Of a stretch of DNA of 64,000 bases, positions 9,023 through 19,268 are shown in pieces. This stretch comes from Candidatus Dormiibacterota bacterium (GTDB lineage: Bacteria; Chloroflexota; Dormibacteria; Aeolococcales; Aeolococcaceae). Position 1 is the stretch's first letter, and each line of letters starts with the position of its first letter. The stretch is taken from the NCBI GenBank assembly GCA_963709585.1, contig CAVPXI010000004.1:96001-160000 (forward strand), read 5' to 3'. The notes under the pieces are model-generated. The model was not told where the DNA came from, did no database searches, and saw only the letters and a list, made by a program, of their open reading frames with translations. The position numbers and the translations under genes were made by a program.

Positions 9023-11230
9023 CCGCCTTGCTCGTCGTCATCGACGCCGCGCTGACGCTCGCGGCCGGAGCAGCCCTGTCCGGGCTCGTGCGCACCCACC
9101 TGACCCTGATGGAACGCGCGCTGATCGGCATCACCAGCGGGCTGCTGGTCGGTACCGCCGCAACCTACGGGCTCTCGCTGCTCGCGGGCCTCAACATCGC
9201 GACCGTCCTGGCCGGGCCCGGCGCTCGCTCTGGTCGTTGCGCTCGCGGTGTCCTTGCTGACCGTGAATCCACGCGCGACGTGGCGCGCGTCGTGGGTGGA
9301 GTCGAGGGACCGCTGGGCTCAGCGCATCCCCTGGTTCTCGATTCTGGCGATGGCCGGTGGGGGGGCGGTGGTGATCGCGATCTTCGCGCACACCGTCTAC
9401 TCGGACGCGGGCGGACTCGAGGCCGGCTATCCGACGGTCTGGGCGGACTGGTCGCAGCACCTGACCACCGCGGCGAGCTTCGCGTCGGGCGGCAACATCC
9501 CCCCGGTCAACCCCCTCTTCAGCGGCACCACGTTGCTCTATCCGTTTCTGCCCGACTTTCACGCGGCGACCTTGATCACGCTCGGTCTCGCCCCCGGTCT
9601 GGCGCTCGCGATTCCGGGCGGAATCCTGGTCGCGGTCATCGCCATGCTGGTGGTCGCGCTGGGGCGGCGCCTCGGCCTCGGCACCGCGGCCGGGGTGATC
9701 GCAGTGCTGATCTGCTTCATCGGTGGCGGCCTCGGATTCATCGGCGCGTTCTCCGATGCGTGCACCAGCCATGGATTCAGCGCGACGCAGTGCACGCTGC
9801 AGTACGTCGTGACGCATCCCGGTACGGGTGTGTCCATCGTCGCGTGGACGCTGCACGACCTTCCCGGCACGATCGCCGCGCAGCCGCGTGCCTATGACGG
9901 GCTGCCGTCCGACGGGGGTGCGGCGCCGCTGCCCAACATGCAGTGGTACACGCCGCTCATGGCTTGGTGGCTTCCGCAACGCACGCTGCTCTTCGGTTTC
10001 GCGGCCGCGATCTCGGTGCTGCTGCTCGTGCTCGCCGGGGCGTCGTCGCACGGTCCAAGCTGGGAGCCGTTCGCGCTGGCCGGAGTGCTCATCGGTCTGC
10101 TCCCGATCGTTCACGTCCAAACCCTCATCGCGTTGTCGATCCTGCTGTTCGTGCTGTTCTGGCGCCGACGGCGGCGCGACTGGTTTGCTTTGCTCGGCGT
10201 CGCGGTGGTGCTCGGCGGCGTCCGGCTCGCGCAGCTGGTGCTCTCGCAGCACGGCGCACTGGTCACGCCCTACGGCACCAACGTGTACCCATGGCTCGAG
10301 CCGGGGTGGCTCGCCAATGCCGGCACCTTCGCCGACCCGAGCGGGAGGCTGACGCTCTCGATCGGCAACGTGTTCACCGGCGCGATCCAGGCGGTGGGGA
10401 TGCTCGGCACCGCCCGGTGGTGGGGATTCTGGGTTGCCAATCTCGGTATCGCGGTCCCGCTCCTCGCCTTTGTCGCGATCGCCACCGCGACGCGGCTCGG
10501 TGGCTGGAAGGTTGGACGCTCGCTGACCAGTGCATTCCCGGTGCCCCTGCTCGAGCTCACGCTCGGCGCGCTGGTCATCTTTGCCGCGTGCAACCTCGTC
10601 GTCTTCCAGTCCTGGAACTGGGACAACACGAAGTTGCTCGTGTACTGGTACCTGGTCATCGGATTGCTGATCGGGGCGCTCGCCGCGCACTGGTGGCGGC
10701 GCGTGTGGCCACGGGTGGCGGCGATCATGCTGGTGGCGCCGGTGCTCCTGACTGGCGCGCTCGTCGTCCTCCGGCTCTTGCCCTGGACGCCCCCGGCGAG
10801 CGCGATCACAGGACCGTACACGATTGCGAACACGCAGGAACTACAGCTTGCATCGACAATCGACCGCGTGACTCCCGGAGACGCGGTCGTCCTGACCTTC
10901 GGCCGCCCCAACGATCCCGTCCTCGCCGTGGCCGGTCGCATCGGCGTGATGGGTTACGGCGGCTGGCTCTGGAGCTACGGCATCAGCTTTGAGACCCGCT
11001 ACAACGACGTGCAGACCATGTACAACGGATGCACAGCCGGCCAGGCAACATGCCCGGTCTTCAGCCTGCTGCGCACGTACGGCATCAGCTACGTCGAGAT
11101 CGACAGCCGGCTCACCGACCCGGGCGCGATCGACTCCCGGGTCGGGCTCAGCTGGTGGGCGGACCAAGGGCTCCCGGTCGTCGCGCGCACCGACCACATC
11201 ACTATCTACGACGTCCGTGGCAGGGGCTGA
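9019..11230 (+). CDS. Large polytopic membrane protein, probable GT-C glycosyltransferase (frameshift at ~9218)
   Basis: GTGA coupling to upstream gene; WADWSQH...PPVNP...YPFL, PQRT, WDNTK, GWLWSYG; deleting one C at 9217-9219 joins the frames. Confidence 0.7.
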
Positions 11231-11231
11231 C

Positions 11232-11972
11232 GTGGTCGACGACTCCACGGCCACGCGCTCCCATCCATCGGTGAGCGCGGTGCTTCCCGCCTACAACGAG
11301 GAGGCGGTGATCGCCGAAACGGTCAGGCGCACCGCTGCAGCGCTCACCGATCTGGGCGTCGCCGATTTCGAGATTCTGGTCATCGACGACGGCAGCAAGG
11401 ATGCGACCGCGGCTCGCGCGTCGAGCGCCGACGGCGCTGGCGCGCGGGTCCGTGTCGTGTCGCATCCGCGTAACCGCGGCTATGGTGCAGCGCTGCGCAC
11501 CGGGTTCGACGCGGCCACCCGCGACGCCGTGTTCCTCATGGACAGCGACGGTCAGTTCGACCCCACCGAGATCTCCCGGCTCCTGGCCATGTACGGACCC
11601 GACCGCGTCATCTGTGGATACCGCATCCGGCGCCAGGACACGTGGGCGCGGCGCTTCTATCACACGGCATTCTTCGGCCTCGTCCGCCTCGGATTCGGAC
11701 CGACCGCTCGCGACGTCAACTGTGCCTTCAAACTGTTTCCACGAGCGGTCGGCCGGGGGCTCCACGCTGAAGGGGCTCTTGTCTCCACCGAGCTCCTGAT
11801 CCGCGCGCGCCGGAGTGGATACCGGCTTATGAATGTCGGCGTTCATCACTATCCACGCACCACCGGTCGCGCCACCGGAGCCGATGTCCGCGTGGTTGTG
11901 CGTGCGTTCCGCGAGCTCTGGCGGTTGCGGAGTGACCCCGCGATGCTCGGCGGGCTCGAACCGCCCGCGTGA
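11232..11972 (+). CDS. GT2 glycosyltransferase (polyprenol-P-sugar synthase-like)
   Basis: VLPAYNEE, IDDGSKD, NRGYG, MDSDGQF, DVNCAFKL. Confidence 0.9.
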   Translation: MVDDSTATRSHPSVSAVLPAYNEEAVIAETVRRTAAALTDLGVADFEILVIDDGSKDATAARASSADGAGARVRVVSHPRNRGYGAALRTGFDAATRDAVFLMDSDGQFDPTEISRLLAMYGPDRVICGYRIRRQDTWARRFYHTAFFGLVRLGFGPTARDVNCAFKLFPRAVGRGLHAEGALVSTELLIRARRSGYRLMNVGVHHYPRTTGRATGADVRVVVRAFRELWRLRSDPAMLGGLEPPA

Positions 11973-13081
11973 GGCGGGGGCCTGCCACGCGGTCATCGTG
12001 GCGCACCGCGCTGGCGGCCGTGGCGCTTTCGCGTCTGCTCTGGGTGGGCGTCTTCGTCGCCGTGCTCGCCATCGATTTCCCGTCGACACCGCTGCTGACC
12101 GGCATCCGCGATCACCTGGTCGGGTGGGACGCGATCAGCTATCTGTCGATCGCGGCCCACGGGTACCCGGCGCACCTCGATTACCGCGATGCATTCCTCC
12201 CGGGCTTTCCCCTGGTCATACGTGCGATCGCGGTGGTCACGCGCGACGACGTGACCGCGTCGTGGCTGGTCAACGCGGTCGCTGAGACGATCGCCCTCTG
12301 GTACATCGGCCGCCTGGTGCTCGGCGAGCGCGACCAGTCCGCGGCGACGTTCTCGGTATGGCTGCTTGCGCTTGCGCCCACGGCGCTGTTTCTGATCGCC
12401 CCCTTCAGCGAGAGCACGTTCATCGCGTCGGCCGCCGCCAGCCTGTACTACGCGCGCGCCGGTCAATCCGGCAAGGCGATCGTGGCCGCGGCAATCGCCT
12501 GCGCCTTCCGGCTCACCGGACTGGCGCTGATCCCGGCGCTCGCCGTCGAGCAACTCCGACGAGGCGGATGGCGACCGCGACCCGAGATGCTCCTGGTCCT
12601 GCTCGCCGCCGTGCCGCTCGCGCTCTACGGCCTGTACATGCAGATCCATATCGGCGATGCCCTGGCGCTCCTGCATGCCGATCACCTGGCGTCCTTTGGG
12701 TTGCAGCCCACGCCGCCCTGGACCGGGTTCGCGGCGACCTGGCAGACGCTCATCAACGCCGACAACGGGGAGACGCGCTCGATCTTCGCCCGCGAGGTCG
12801 CGTTCGGTCTGCTCGGCCTGGCGCTCTGCGCCGGCATGTGGATGTCGCCGCGGATTCCCCGATCGCTCGCTGTGTACTGCACCATCGCGTGGTTGATGAC
12901 CGCCTCACTGCCGTTCTGGCGCTCCCAGCCTCGCTACAGCCTCGCGCTGTTCCCGGTGGTGCTGCTCGTCGCCGATCTCACCCAGCGCTATCCACGTGCC
13001 CGGCCGGCGATACTCGGCGCCAGCGGCCTGCTCATGTGCGCGGGCACCTGGATCTTCGCCCAGGGGCGGTGGCTCGGGTGA
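11969..13081 (+). CDS. PIG-V-like mannosyltransferase (GT76-like GT-C)
   Basis: WDAISYLSIAAHGY...AFLPGFP, FSES, RLTG, S.PRY...FP. Confidence 0.82.
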   Translation: MRRGPATRSSWRTALAAVALSRLLWVGVFVAVLAIDFPSTPLLTGIRDHLVGWDAISYLSIAAHGYPAHLDYRDAFLPGFPLVIRAIAVVTRDDVTASWLVNAVAETIALWYIGRLVLGERDQSAATFSVWLLALAPTALFLIAPFSESTFIASAAASLYYARAGQSGKAIVAAAIACAFRLTGLALIPALAVEQLRRGGWRPRPEMLLVLLAAVPLALYGLYMQIHIGDALALLHADHLASFGLQPTPPWTGFAATWQTLINADNGETRSIFAREVAFGLLGLALCAGMWMSPRIPRSLAVYCTIAWLMTASLPFWRSQPRYSLALFPVVLLVADLTQRYPRARPAILGASGLLMCAGTWIFAQGRWLG

Positions 13082-13908
13082 TCATCGACAGCCACGTCCA
13101 CATCCTGCCGGGGAGCATGCGCGACGCCCGTGGCCACCTCGCGCTCCTCGATCCGTGGTTTGACGTGTGTCATCAAGGCGAGCGCTCGATCGTCACCGCC
13201 GGGGAGTTGCTGGCGACGATGGATGCGACCGGGGTCGATCGCTCGGTGTGCTTCGGCTGGCCGTTCGCCGACCCCGCGCTCTGCGCCGAGGTCAACGATC
13301 ACCTGATCGCCGTGCAGCGCGATCATCCCGACCGGCTCACATGCTTCGCTACGGTGAGCGCGGCCCGACCGGGTGCCGTCGCCGAGCTGCAGCGTTGCGC
13401 CGAGGCGGGGCTGCGCGGTGCCGGTGAGCTCAATGCCGACGCGCAGGGATTCGCCCTCGATGCTGCGGCGATTGACGACGTGGCGGTGGCGTGCACCGAC
13501 CTGGGGATCCCGCTCGTCCTGCACTGCAGCGAGCCGGTGGGTCACGACTACCCGGGCAAGGGCACTGCGACGCCCGGACTGGTCGCGGCGTTCGCGCTGC
13601 GCCACCCCAAGCTGCGCCTCGTCTGCGCGCACCTCGGCGGAGGCCTACCGTTCTTCGCGCATATGCCCGAGGTGGCCGAACTGTGCCGGCGGCTCTGGTT
13701 CGACACCGCCGCCGGCCCGTTCCTCTTCGCCCCGACGGCGTACCGCGCGGTCATCGACCTCTGTGGCGCGGACCGCTTGCTCTTCGGCTCGGACCACCCG
13801 CTGCTACCCGCGCGGCGCTACATCGACGCGTTCGCGCAGGCGGAGCTCACGCCCGCGGAGCGAGCGCTGGTGATGGGCGGCAACGCCGTGCAGCTGCTTG
13901 GTCTGTGA
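13078..13908 (+). CDS. Amidohydrolase family protein
   Basis: IIDSHVH, GELN, LH, AHLGGG, FDTAA, LFGSDHP, GGNA. Confidence 0.9.
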   Translation: MIIDSHVHILPGSMRDARGHLALLDPWFDVCHQGERSIVTAGELLATMDATGVDRSVCFGWPFADPALCAEVNDHLIAVQRDHPDRLTCFATVSAARPGAVAELQRCAEAGLRGAGELNADAQGFALDAAAIDDVAVACTDLGIPLVLHCSEPVGHDYPGKGTATPGLVAAFALRHPKLRLVCAHLGGGLPFFAHMPEVAELCRRLWFDTAAGPFLFAPTAYRAVIDLCGADRLLFGSDHPLLPARRYIDAFAQAELTPAERALVMGGNAVQLLGL

Positions 13909-13983
13909 CAACGTGCCCCTCCCGTTACGAATCTGTGTCCCAGCATCGGAGGCTATGTTCGGGCCCTTTGCGACACTTTCCCC

Positions 13984-14138
13984 GGGCGGAGAAACCGGCG
14001 CCCGCCAGCCGGTCCTTCGCCTCTTTCGTGACCAGGATCGGGGGCTTCGGCCCCCATCCGTGGTCGCAACCGACGCTCCGATGAGGGACCGGGTGCATGT
14101 CGAAGCCGGCACCTCCGTGGGCCGGTTTCGCGCTGTCC
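13984..14138 (+). ncRNA. Candidate structured ncRNA (long irregular hairpin, 6S-like topology)
   Basis: Five nested stems ending in a C(UUCG)G loop, in a gap between convergent genes; G-U pairs favour the plus strand. Confidence 0.45.
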
Positions 14139-14192
14139 TCGCCAGCCCACGGCCAAATCGCGCCGCGAGGCGAACGACCGAGCCTTCTACTT

Positions 14193-14645
14193 TTACGCGG
14201 GTGGAAGTGCGATCGACAGGCCGTAGACACCGTCGATGATCGTCACGTTGATCGACTGAGCCAGATCGATCGTGCTTGGAACCTGAATGTCGCTCGTGGT
14301 AGGCGCGGCGTCAGCGGTACATGAAGAGCCGGCCGGTGCCGCGCCATCGCTCATGGTCACCGACAGTGCGTTTGATGGCGCAGTGACCAATCGGATGGGC
14401 AACCTCGGACAGCCTGAACTGCCCCACGTGACAACCTCGAGTTGGGCAGCCCCGGAGCGGAGGACAACGTCGCGGGCGCCCAATCCCGGCAGACCGACCG
14501 TCGTGACCCCCTTCGGCAGGCCGAGGTGATCGCTCAGCAGCCACGACGGGCGACCTGCGTCTCCGAATGGGGAGGTCCCCCCGCACGCAACGACCGCGAA
14601 GGTCACAGCCGCAACGGCGGGGATGAGGCGCAGGCGCGCGGTCAC
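14193..14645 (-). CDS. Putative lipoprotein
   Basis: Signal peptide with lipobox VVAC; TWGSSGCP and CTAD motifs. Confidence 0.72.
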   Translation of the reverse strand: MTARLRLIPAVAAVTFAVVACGGTSPFGDAGRPSWLLSDHLGLPKGVTTVGLPGLGARDVVLRSGAAQLEVVTWGSSGCPRLPIRLVTAPSNALSVTMSDGAAPAGSSCTADAAPTTSDIQVPSTIDLAQSINVTIIDGVYGLSIALPPA

Positions 14646-14708
14646 GAACCAGTATCTACACAAACGGGACGCGCCGCAGGGTCCCGAAGTCTCGCAAACT
14701 GTGCGGCG

Positions 14709-16010
14709 ATGTTCACTCCTGAAACGCTCGACGTCGTCATGGTGTCCTTCGAGGGACCCGATCAGTACAGCCAGGCGGGCGGTCTCGGGGTGCGCGCCCG
14801 GGAGCTCTGCCGTGCATTCGCGGCGCTCGGATTTCGGACCACGCTCGTCTTCGTCGGCGACCCTGACAAGCCGGGTGTCGAGCTCGACCAGGGAGTGCAG
14901 CTCGTCCGCTGGTGCCAGCAGATCAGCGATCGCTACCGCACCGGCGTCTACGAGGGAGAGCTGGCGAAGATTCGAGACCTGACCGCCACCCTCCCCGACG
15001 CCCTCATCGACAGCATCCTCCGCCCGGCGGCGGAGGCGGGGAGAGTCACCGCGGTCCTGTGCGAGGAGTGGCACACGGCGTGGTTCTGCAAGGCCCTGAG
15101 CGACCGGCTGCACGCGCTCGGTCTGCGCCAGAACGCGGTGCTGCTCTGGAATGCCAACAACCTCTTCGGCTTCGAGTCGATCGACTGGCCGGTGCTCGAC
15201 TACGTCGCCTCGATCACCACGGTCAGCAAGTACATGAAGCACCTCATGTGGCCGTACGGCGTCAACCCGGTGGTGATTCCCAACGGGATCCCCAAGGGCG
15301 CGCTTGCCCCGGTGGACGGCTCGGCGGCACGGGCGATCCGGGCCGCCGCGGGGACGCCGTCGCTCGCCTTCAAGATCGGCCGCTTCAGCCCGGACAAGCG
15401 CTGGAATCAGGCGGTCGCCGCCATCGCCGGCCTGCGATCCGACGGGATGCCCGCTCGCATGCTCATGCGCGGCGGCATGGAGCCGTACGGTGCGACCGTG
15501 CTCGCGTTCGCAGCCGAATGCGGCCTTGCGGTGACCGACTGGTACGAGCCGGTGGAGGACGCGGGGGGCATCGTGCGCTCACTCACCGAGACCGACGGCG
15601 CGGCGATCGTGCACCTCCGCCGCTTTCTCCCCGACCAGGTGATCACCGAGATCAACGTCGGCGCGACCGCGGTGCTCGCCAACTCAGGGCACGAGCCGTT
15701 CGGGCTCGTCGGCCTCGAGGCGATGGCCGCGGGCGGCGTCGCCATGGTCGGTGCGACCGGCGAGGAGTACGCCCGCCCCTATGGCAACGCCATCGTGGTC
15801 GAGACCGACGACCCGGCCGAGATCTCGAGCGCGCTTCGCGGTCTCGTCGAGCAGCCGGCGCTGGCCGAGCGGCTGCGCATCGCTGCTCGCCGCGACGCAG
15901 CCGACTTCGCCTGGCCGATCGTCATCGACGGGTTGCTCGAACGCCTCCGCTTCATGTGCCTGCATCAGCGGGTGCTGCTCCCGGCCGGCGGAGCACCGTC
16001 GCGCGCGTAA
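14709..16010 (+). CDS. GT4 glycosyltransferase
   Basis: SFEGPD.YS.AGGLG, VIPNGI, GRFSPDK, HEPFGLVGLEAM. Confidence 0.88.
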   Translation: MFTPETLDVVMVSFEGPDQYSQAGGLGVRARELCRAFAALGFRTTLVFVGDPDKPGVELDQGVQLVRWCQQISDRYRTGVYEGELAKIRDLTATLPDALIDSILRPAAEAGRVTAVLCEEWHTAWFCKALSDRLHALGLRQNAVLLWNANNLFGFESIDWPVLDYVASITTVSKYMKHLMWPYGVNPVVIPNGIPKGALAPVDGSAARAIRAAAGTPSLAFKIGRFSPDKRWNQAVAAIAGLRSDGMPARMLMRGGMEPYGATVLAFAAECGLAVTDWYEPVEDAGGIVRSLTETDGAAIVHLRRFLPDQVITEINVGATAVLANSGHEPFGLVGLEAMAAGGVAMVGATGEEYARPYGNAIVVETDDPAEISSALRGLVEQPALAERLRIAARRDAADFAWPIVIDGLLERLRFMCLHQRVLLPAGGAPSRA

Positions 16011-16068
16011 TTCGTCGCGGTGCGCCATATGATCTGAACGAACAGACCGGCGCCGAGGAGGTGGCTGC

Positions 16069-18588
16069 GTGAAAGCAGTGGTCATGGCGGGAGGTGAAGG
16101 GGCGCGACTCCGCCCTCTGACCAGCCGCCTGCCCAAACCGCTCGTGCCCGTGGTCGGCACCCCGGTGCTCGAGCACATCCTTCGCCTGCTCAAGGAGCAC
16201 GGCATCACTCAGGTCGTGGTCACGCTCGCCTACCTGGGTGCGGAGATCCGCAACCGCCTCGGCGACGGCGCCGAGCTGGACATGGAGATCGAGTACGTGG
16301 TCGAGGACCGGCCACTCGGTACGGCGGGCAGCGTGCGCAACGCCGCTCACCTCCTCGATGACACCTTCCTGGTGATCAGCGGCGACGCGCTCACCGACAT
16401 CGACCTCACCGCGGTGATGCGCGCGCACACCGAGCGCGGCTCGCACGCGACCATCGTGCTCCACTCCGTACCGAACCCCCTCGAGTACGGCGTCGTCGTC
16501 ACCGACGACGAGGGAAACATCAAGCGTTTCCTGGAGAAGCCGTCATGGGGTGAGGTCTTCAGTGACCACGCCAACACCGGCATCTACGTGATCGAGCCGA
16601 AGGTGCTGGAGCACATCAAGGAAGGCGCCAATGCCGACTGGTCGCAGGACGTCTTCCCGACCATGCTCCGGCGCCACGAACCACTCCACGGCATCGTCGT
16701 CGACGACTACTGGTGCGACATCGGGTCGATACAGTCGTACATGCAGGCGAACTGGGACGCGCTCGATGGCAAGGTCCGCTGCCACATCACCGGGCGCCGC
16801 GAGGGCAACGTGTGGATGGGCGAGGGCGTGGAGATCGGCATCGGGGTGCAGCTCGACGGCCCGGCGTTCATCGGCGACGAGGTGAAGCTCAAGGCGGGAA
16901 CGCACGTCAACGAGCACGGGGTCATCGACCGGTACAGCGTCATCGACGACAACACCAAGGTCAGCAACAGCGTGGTGTGGCCCCACTCGTACATCGGCGA
17001 GCGCTGCAGGCTGCGCCAGGCGATCGTCTGCCGCAACGTGACCATCAAGAACGATTCCCTGCTCGAGGAGAATTCGGTGATCGCCGACGAGTGCGTGCTT
17101 GGCAGAGGTTCGCAGATACGCGCCGGCGTCAAGATCTGGCCGAGCAAGACGGTCGAACCCGGCTCCACGGTGAACGAGTCGGTGATCTGGGCGGGCGAGT
17201 GGCGGAGCGGCTTGTTCTCGTCGTACGGGCTCGGTGGTTTGATCAACGTGGAGCTCACGCCGGAGTTCTGCGCGCGGCTCGGGGCCGCGTTCGGCGCGAC
17301 CCTCGCCAAGGGAGCGTGCGTCGTCGTCGGCCAGGATCACGCGCGCTCGTCACGGATGATCAAACGCGCGATCGTCAGCGGCATCGTCAGTGCCGGCGCG
17401 AAGGCTCGTGACGTGCGCGAGCTGCCCGTGCCGGTGACCCAGTGGGCTACGCGAGACGCGGAATGCGCGGCGGGCATCCACGTGCTCGTGTCGCCGCTCG
17501 ATCAGCGCAGCGCCGACATCCGGTTCTTCGACTCCGACGGTCTGCAGATCGACAAGCGCGCCGAGCGCAAGCTCGAGAACTTGCTGTTTCGCGAGGACTT
17601 CCGCCGAGCGGGGTTCTACGAGATGGGCGACATCGAGTACGGCGAGCCGATCCCCGGTTACATCGACCATCTCTTCAAGTCCGTGGACGCGGACAGCATC
17701 CGCAACGCCGGATTTCGCGTGCTGATCGACTACGACTACAGCGACGCGTCCGCGGTGCTCCCGACCATCCTGAACGATCTCGGCGTCACCACCATCCCGC
17801 TCAACGCGGGTATGCGTGAGGGTGGACACCATCGCACCGTGCCCGACGAGACAGCCCTGATCAGCAAGACGGTTCGCGCCGACGTCGGTTGCATGATCAA
17901 CCCGACAGGGGAGCGCATCACGATCATCGATGACCAGGGTGTGGTGCTGACCCCGCACGAGTGCCTCGCGCTGCTGGCGTCCTGGTGGGTGCGCTCCAAC
18001 CCGGGGGCGGTGCTCGCTCCGGCGGCGACGCCGATGTGGATCAGCGACCTGGTGCGCAAGGAGGGCGGCAGCTTCAGCGCGACCCCGGGCGACCCGGCGT
18101 CGGTGCTGCGCGCGTCGACGATGTCGGGGACGAGCATCGCATCGGATGGGGAGGGCGGGTTCGCGTGGCCGGGGCATCTCGGTGCCTTCGACGCCATGTA
18201 CACGCTGGTGAAGCTGCTCGAGTTGCGCGCCAAGATCGGGATTCCGTTGAGCGAGGCGCGCTCCGCGCTCCCGCGAGTGGCGTACATCACCGCCACCGAG
18301 TTCTGCCCGTGGGAAGCGAAGGGTCGGGTGATGCGCATCCTGCTCGATCGCCATCGCACCAACTCCGTCGACCTGGTCGACGGCATCAAGGTCTACGTCG
18401 ATGACGGGTTCGTGCTGGTGCGGCCGGATCCCGACGAGCCCGCGTACCACGTGGTCGCGAGTGTCGCCGACCCTGAGCGCGGACGCCAGCTCGTCGACGA
18501 GTATCTCGCACAGGTGCGTGAGGCCGAGGGGACCAACGGCAGCCACGCCGCTCTGGTCGAGGCGTCTGCGGTAGCCGACGCCGAATAG
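16069..18588 (+). CDS. Mannose-1-phosphate guanylyltransferase with LbH and phosphomannomutase-like domains
   Basis: [30 protein letters not shown], hexapeptide region, C-terminal PGM/PMM-like fold (CPWEAKG.VMR, DGIK). Confidence 0.9.
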   Translation: MKAVVMAGGEGARLRPLTSRLPKPLVPVVGTPVLEHILRLLKEHGITQVVVTLAYLGAEIRNRLGDGAELDMEIEYVVEDRPLGTAGSVRNAAHLLDDTFLVISGDALTDIDLTAVMRAHTERGSHATIVLHSVPNPLEYGVVVTDDEGNIKRFLEKPSWGEVFSDHANTGIYVIEPKVLEHIKEGANADWSQDVFPTMLRRHEPLHGIVVDDYWCDIGSIQSYMQANWDALDGKVRCHITGRREGNVWMGEGVEIGIGVQLDGPAFIGDEVKLKAGTHVNEHGVIDRYSVIDDNTKVSNSVVWPHSYIGERCRLRQAIVCRNVTIKNDSLLEENSVIADECVLGRGSQIRAGVKIWPSKTVEPGSTVNESVIWAGEWRSGLFSSYGLGGLINVELTPEFCARLGAAFGATLAKGACVVVGQDHARSSRMIKRAIVSGIVSAGAKARDVRELPVPVTQWATRDAECAAGIHVLVSPLDQRSADIRFFDSDGLQIDKRAERKLENLLFREDFRRAGFYEMGDIEYGEPIPGYIDHLFKSVDADSIRNAGFRVLIDYDYSDASAVLPTILNDLGVTTIPLNAGMREGGHHRTVPDETALISKTVRADVGCMINPTGERITIIDDQGVVLTPHECLALLASWWVRSNPGAVLAPAATPMWISDLVRKEGGSFSATPGDPASVLRASTMSGTSIASDGEGGFAWPGHLGAFDAMYTLVKLLELRAKIGIPLSEARSALPRVAYITATEFCPWEAKGRVMRILLDRHRTNSVDLVDGIKVYVDDGFVLVRPDPDEPAYHVVASVADPERGRQLVDEYLAQVREAEGTNGSHAALVEASAVADAE

Positions 18589-18610
18589 CGACCCGGGGCG
18601 CCAGACCGTC

Positions 18611-19261
18611 TCAGCGCGGCAGCGCGACCGTCGCCAGGATGAACACGAAGTAGACGGCCGACGCGGCGATGACCAGGATGTGGAACACCTCGTGATAGCC
18701 GAAGACCTTCGGCCACAGTTGCGGGCGTTTCAGGGCGTACACGACCGCGCCGGCGCAGTACAGCGCGCCGCCGATCGCGAGCACGAGCAGCCCACTGGTG
18801 TGGATGCGCTCGCCGAGCGCCGGCAGGAAGAACACGACTGTCCAGCCGACGCCGAGGTACAGCACGACGGTCACCCAGCGCGGCAGGGGAATCCCAGTGG
18901 TCGCGACCACCACGCCGCTTCCCGCCAGGACCCAGATGGCAACCAGCAACACGATGGACGGCCAGCCCCGCAGGACGTTGACGACGACCGGGGTGTAGGT
19001 GCCCGCGATGGCGAGAAAGATGGTCGCGTGGTCGAGTCGGCGCCAGACGCGACGGGTCCGCGGTGACCACGGTCCGCGGTGATAGCTGGCGCTGACCGAG
19101 AAGAGCAGGATGAGACAGACCCCGTAGACACCCAGGGAGATCTGGCGCGCCAGGTTGCCGCCGCTGACCACGACGAGCGTGATCGCACCGGCGATGGCGG
19201 GTGGCACGGTGACGAGGTGACTCCACCCGCGCAGCGTTGGGCGGGGGGGCGCGGCGATCAG
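18611..19261 (-). CDS. Hemolysin III (PAQR) family membrane protein; start uncertain
   Basis: PTLRGWSH upstream of the called GTG; SASYH, RLDHATIFLAIAGTYTP, GYHEVFH. Confidence 0.88.
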   Translation of the reverse strand: MIAAPPRPTLRGWSHLVTVPPAIAGAITLVVVSGGNLARQISLGVYGVCLILLFSVSASYHRGPWSPRTRRVWRRLDHATIFLAIAGTYTPVVVNVLRGWPSIVLLVAIWVLAGSGVVVATTGIPLPRWVTVVLYLGVGWTVVFFLPALGERIHTSGLLVLAIGGALYCAGAVVYALKRPQLWPKVFGYHEVFHILVIAASAVYFVFILATVALPR

Positions 19262-19268
19262 CGTTGTC

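Noticed and set aside
13927-13939. 13-mer ACGAATCTGTGTC also present inverted at 63874-63886
   Set aside because: The match does not extend, and a 13-mer match is expected by chance in 64 kb
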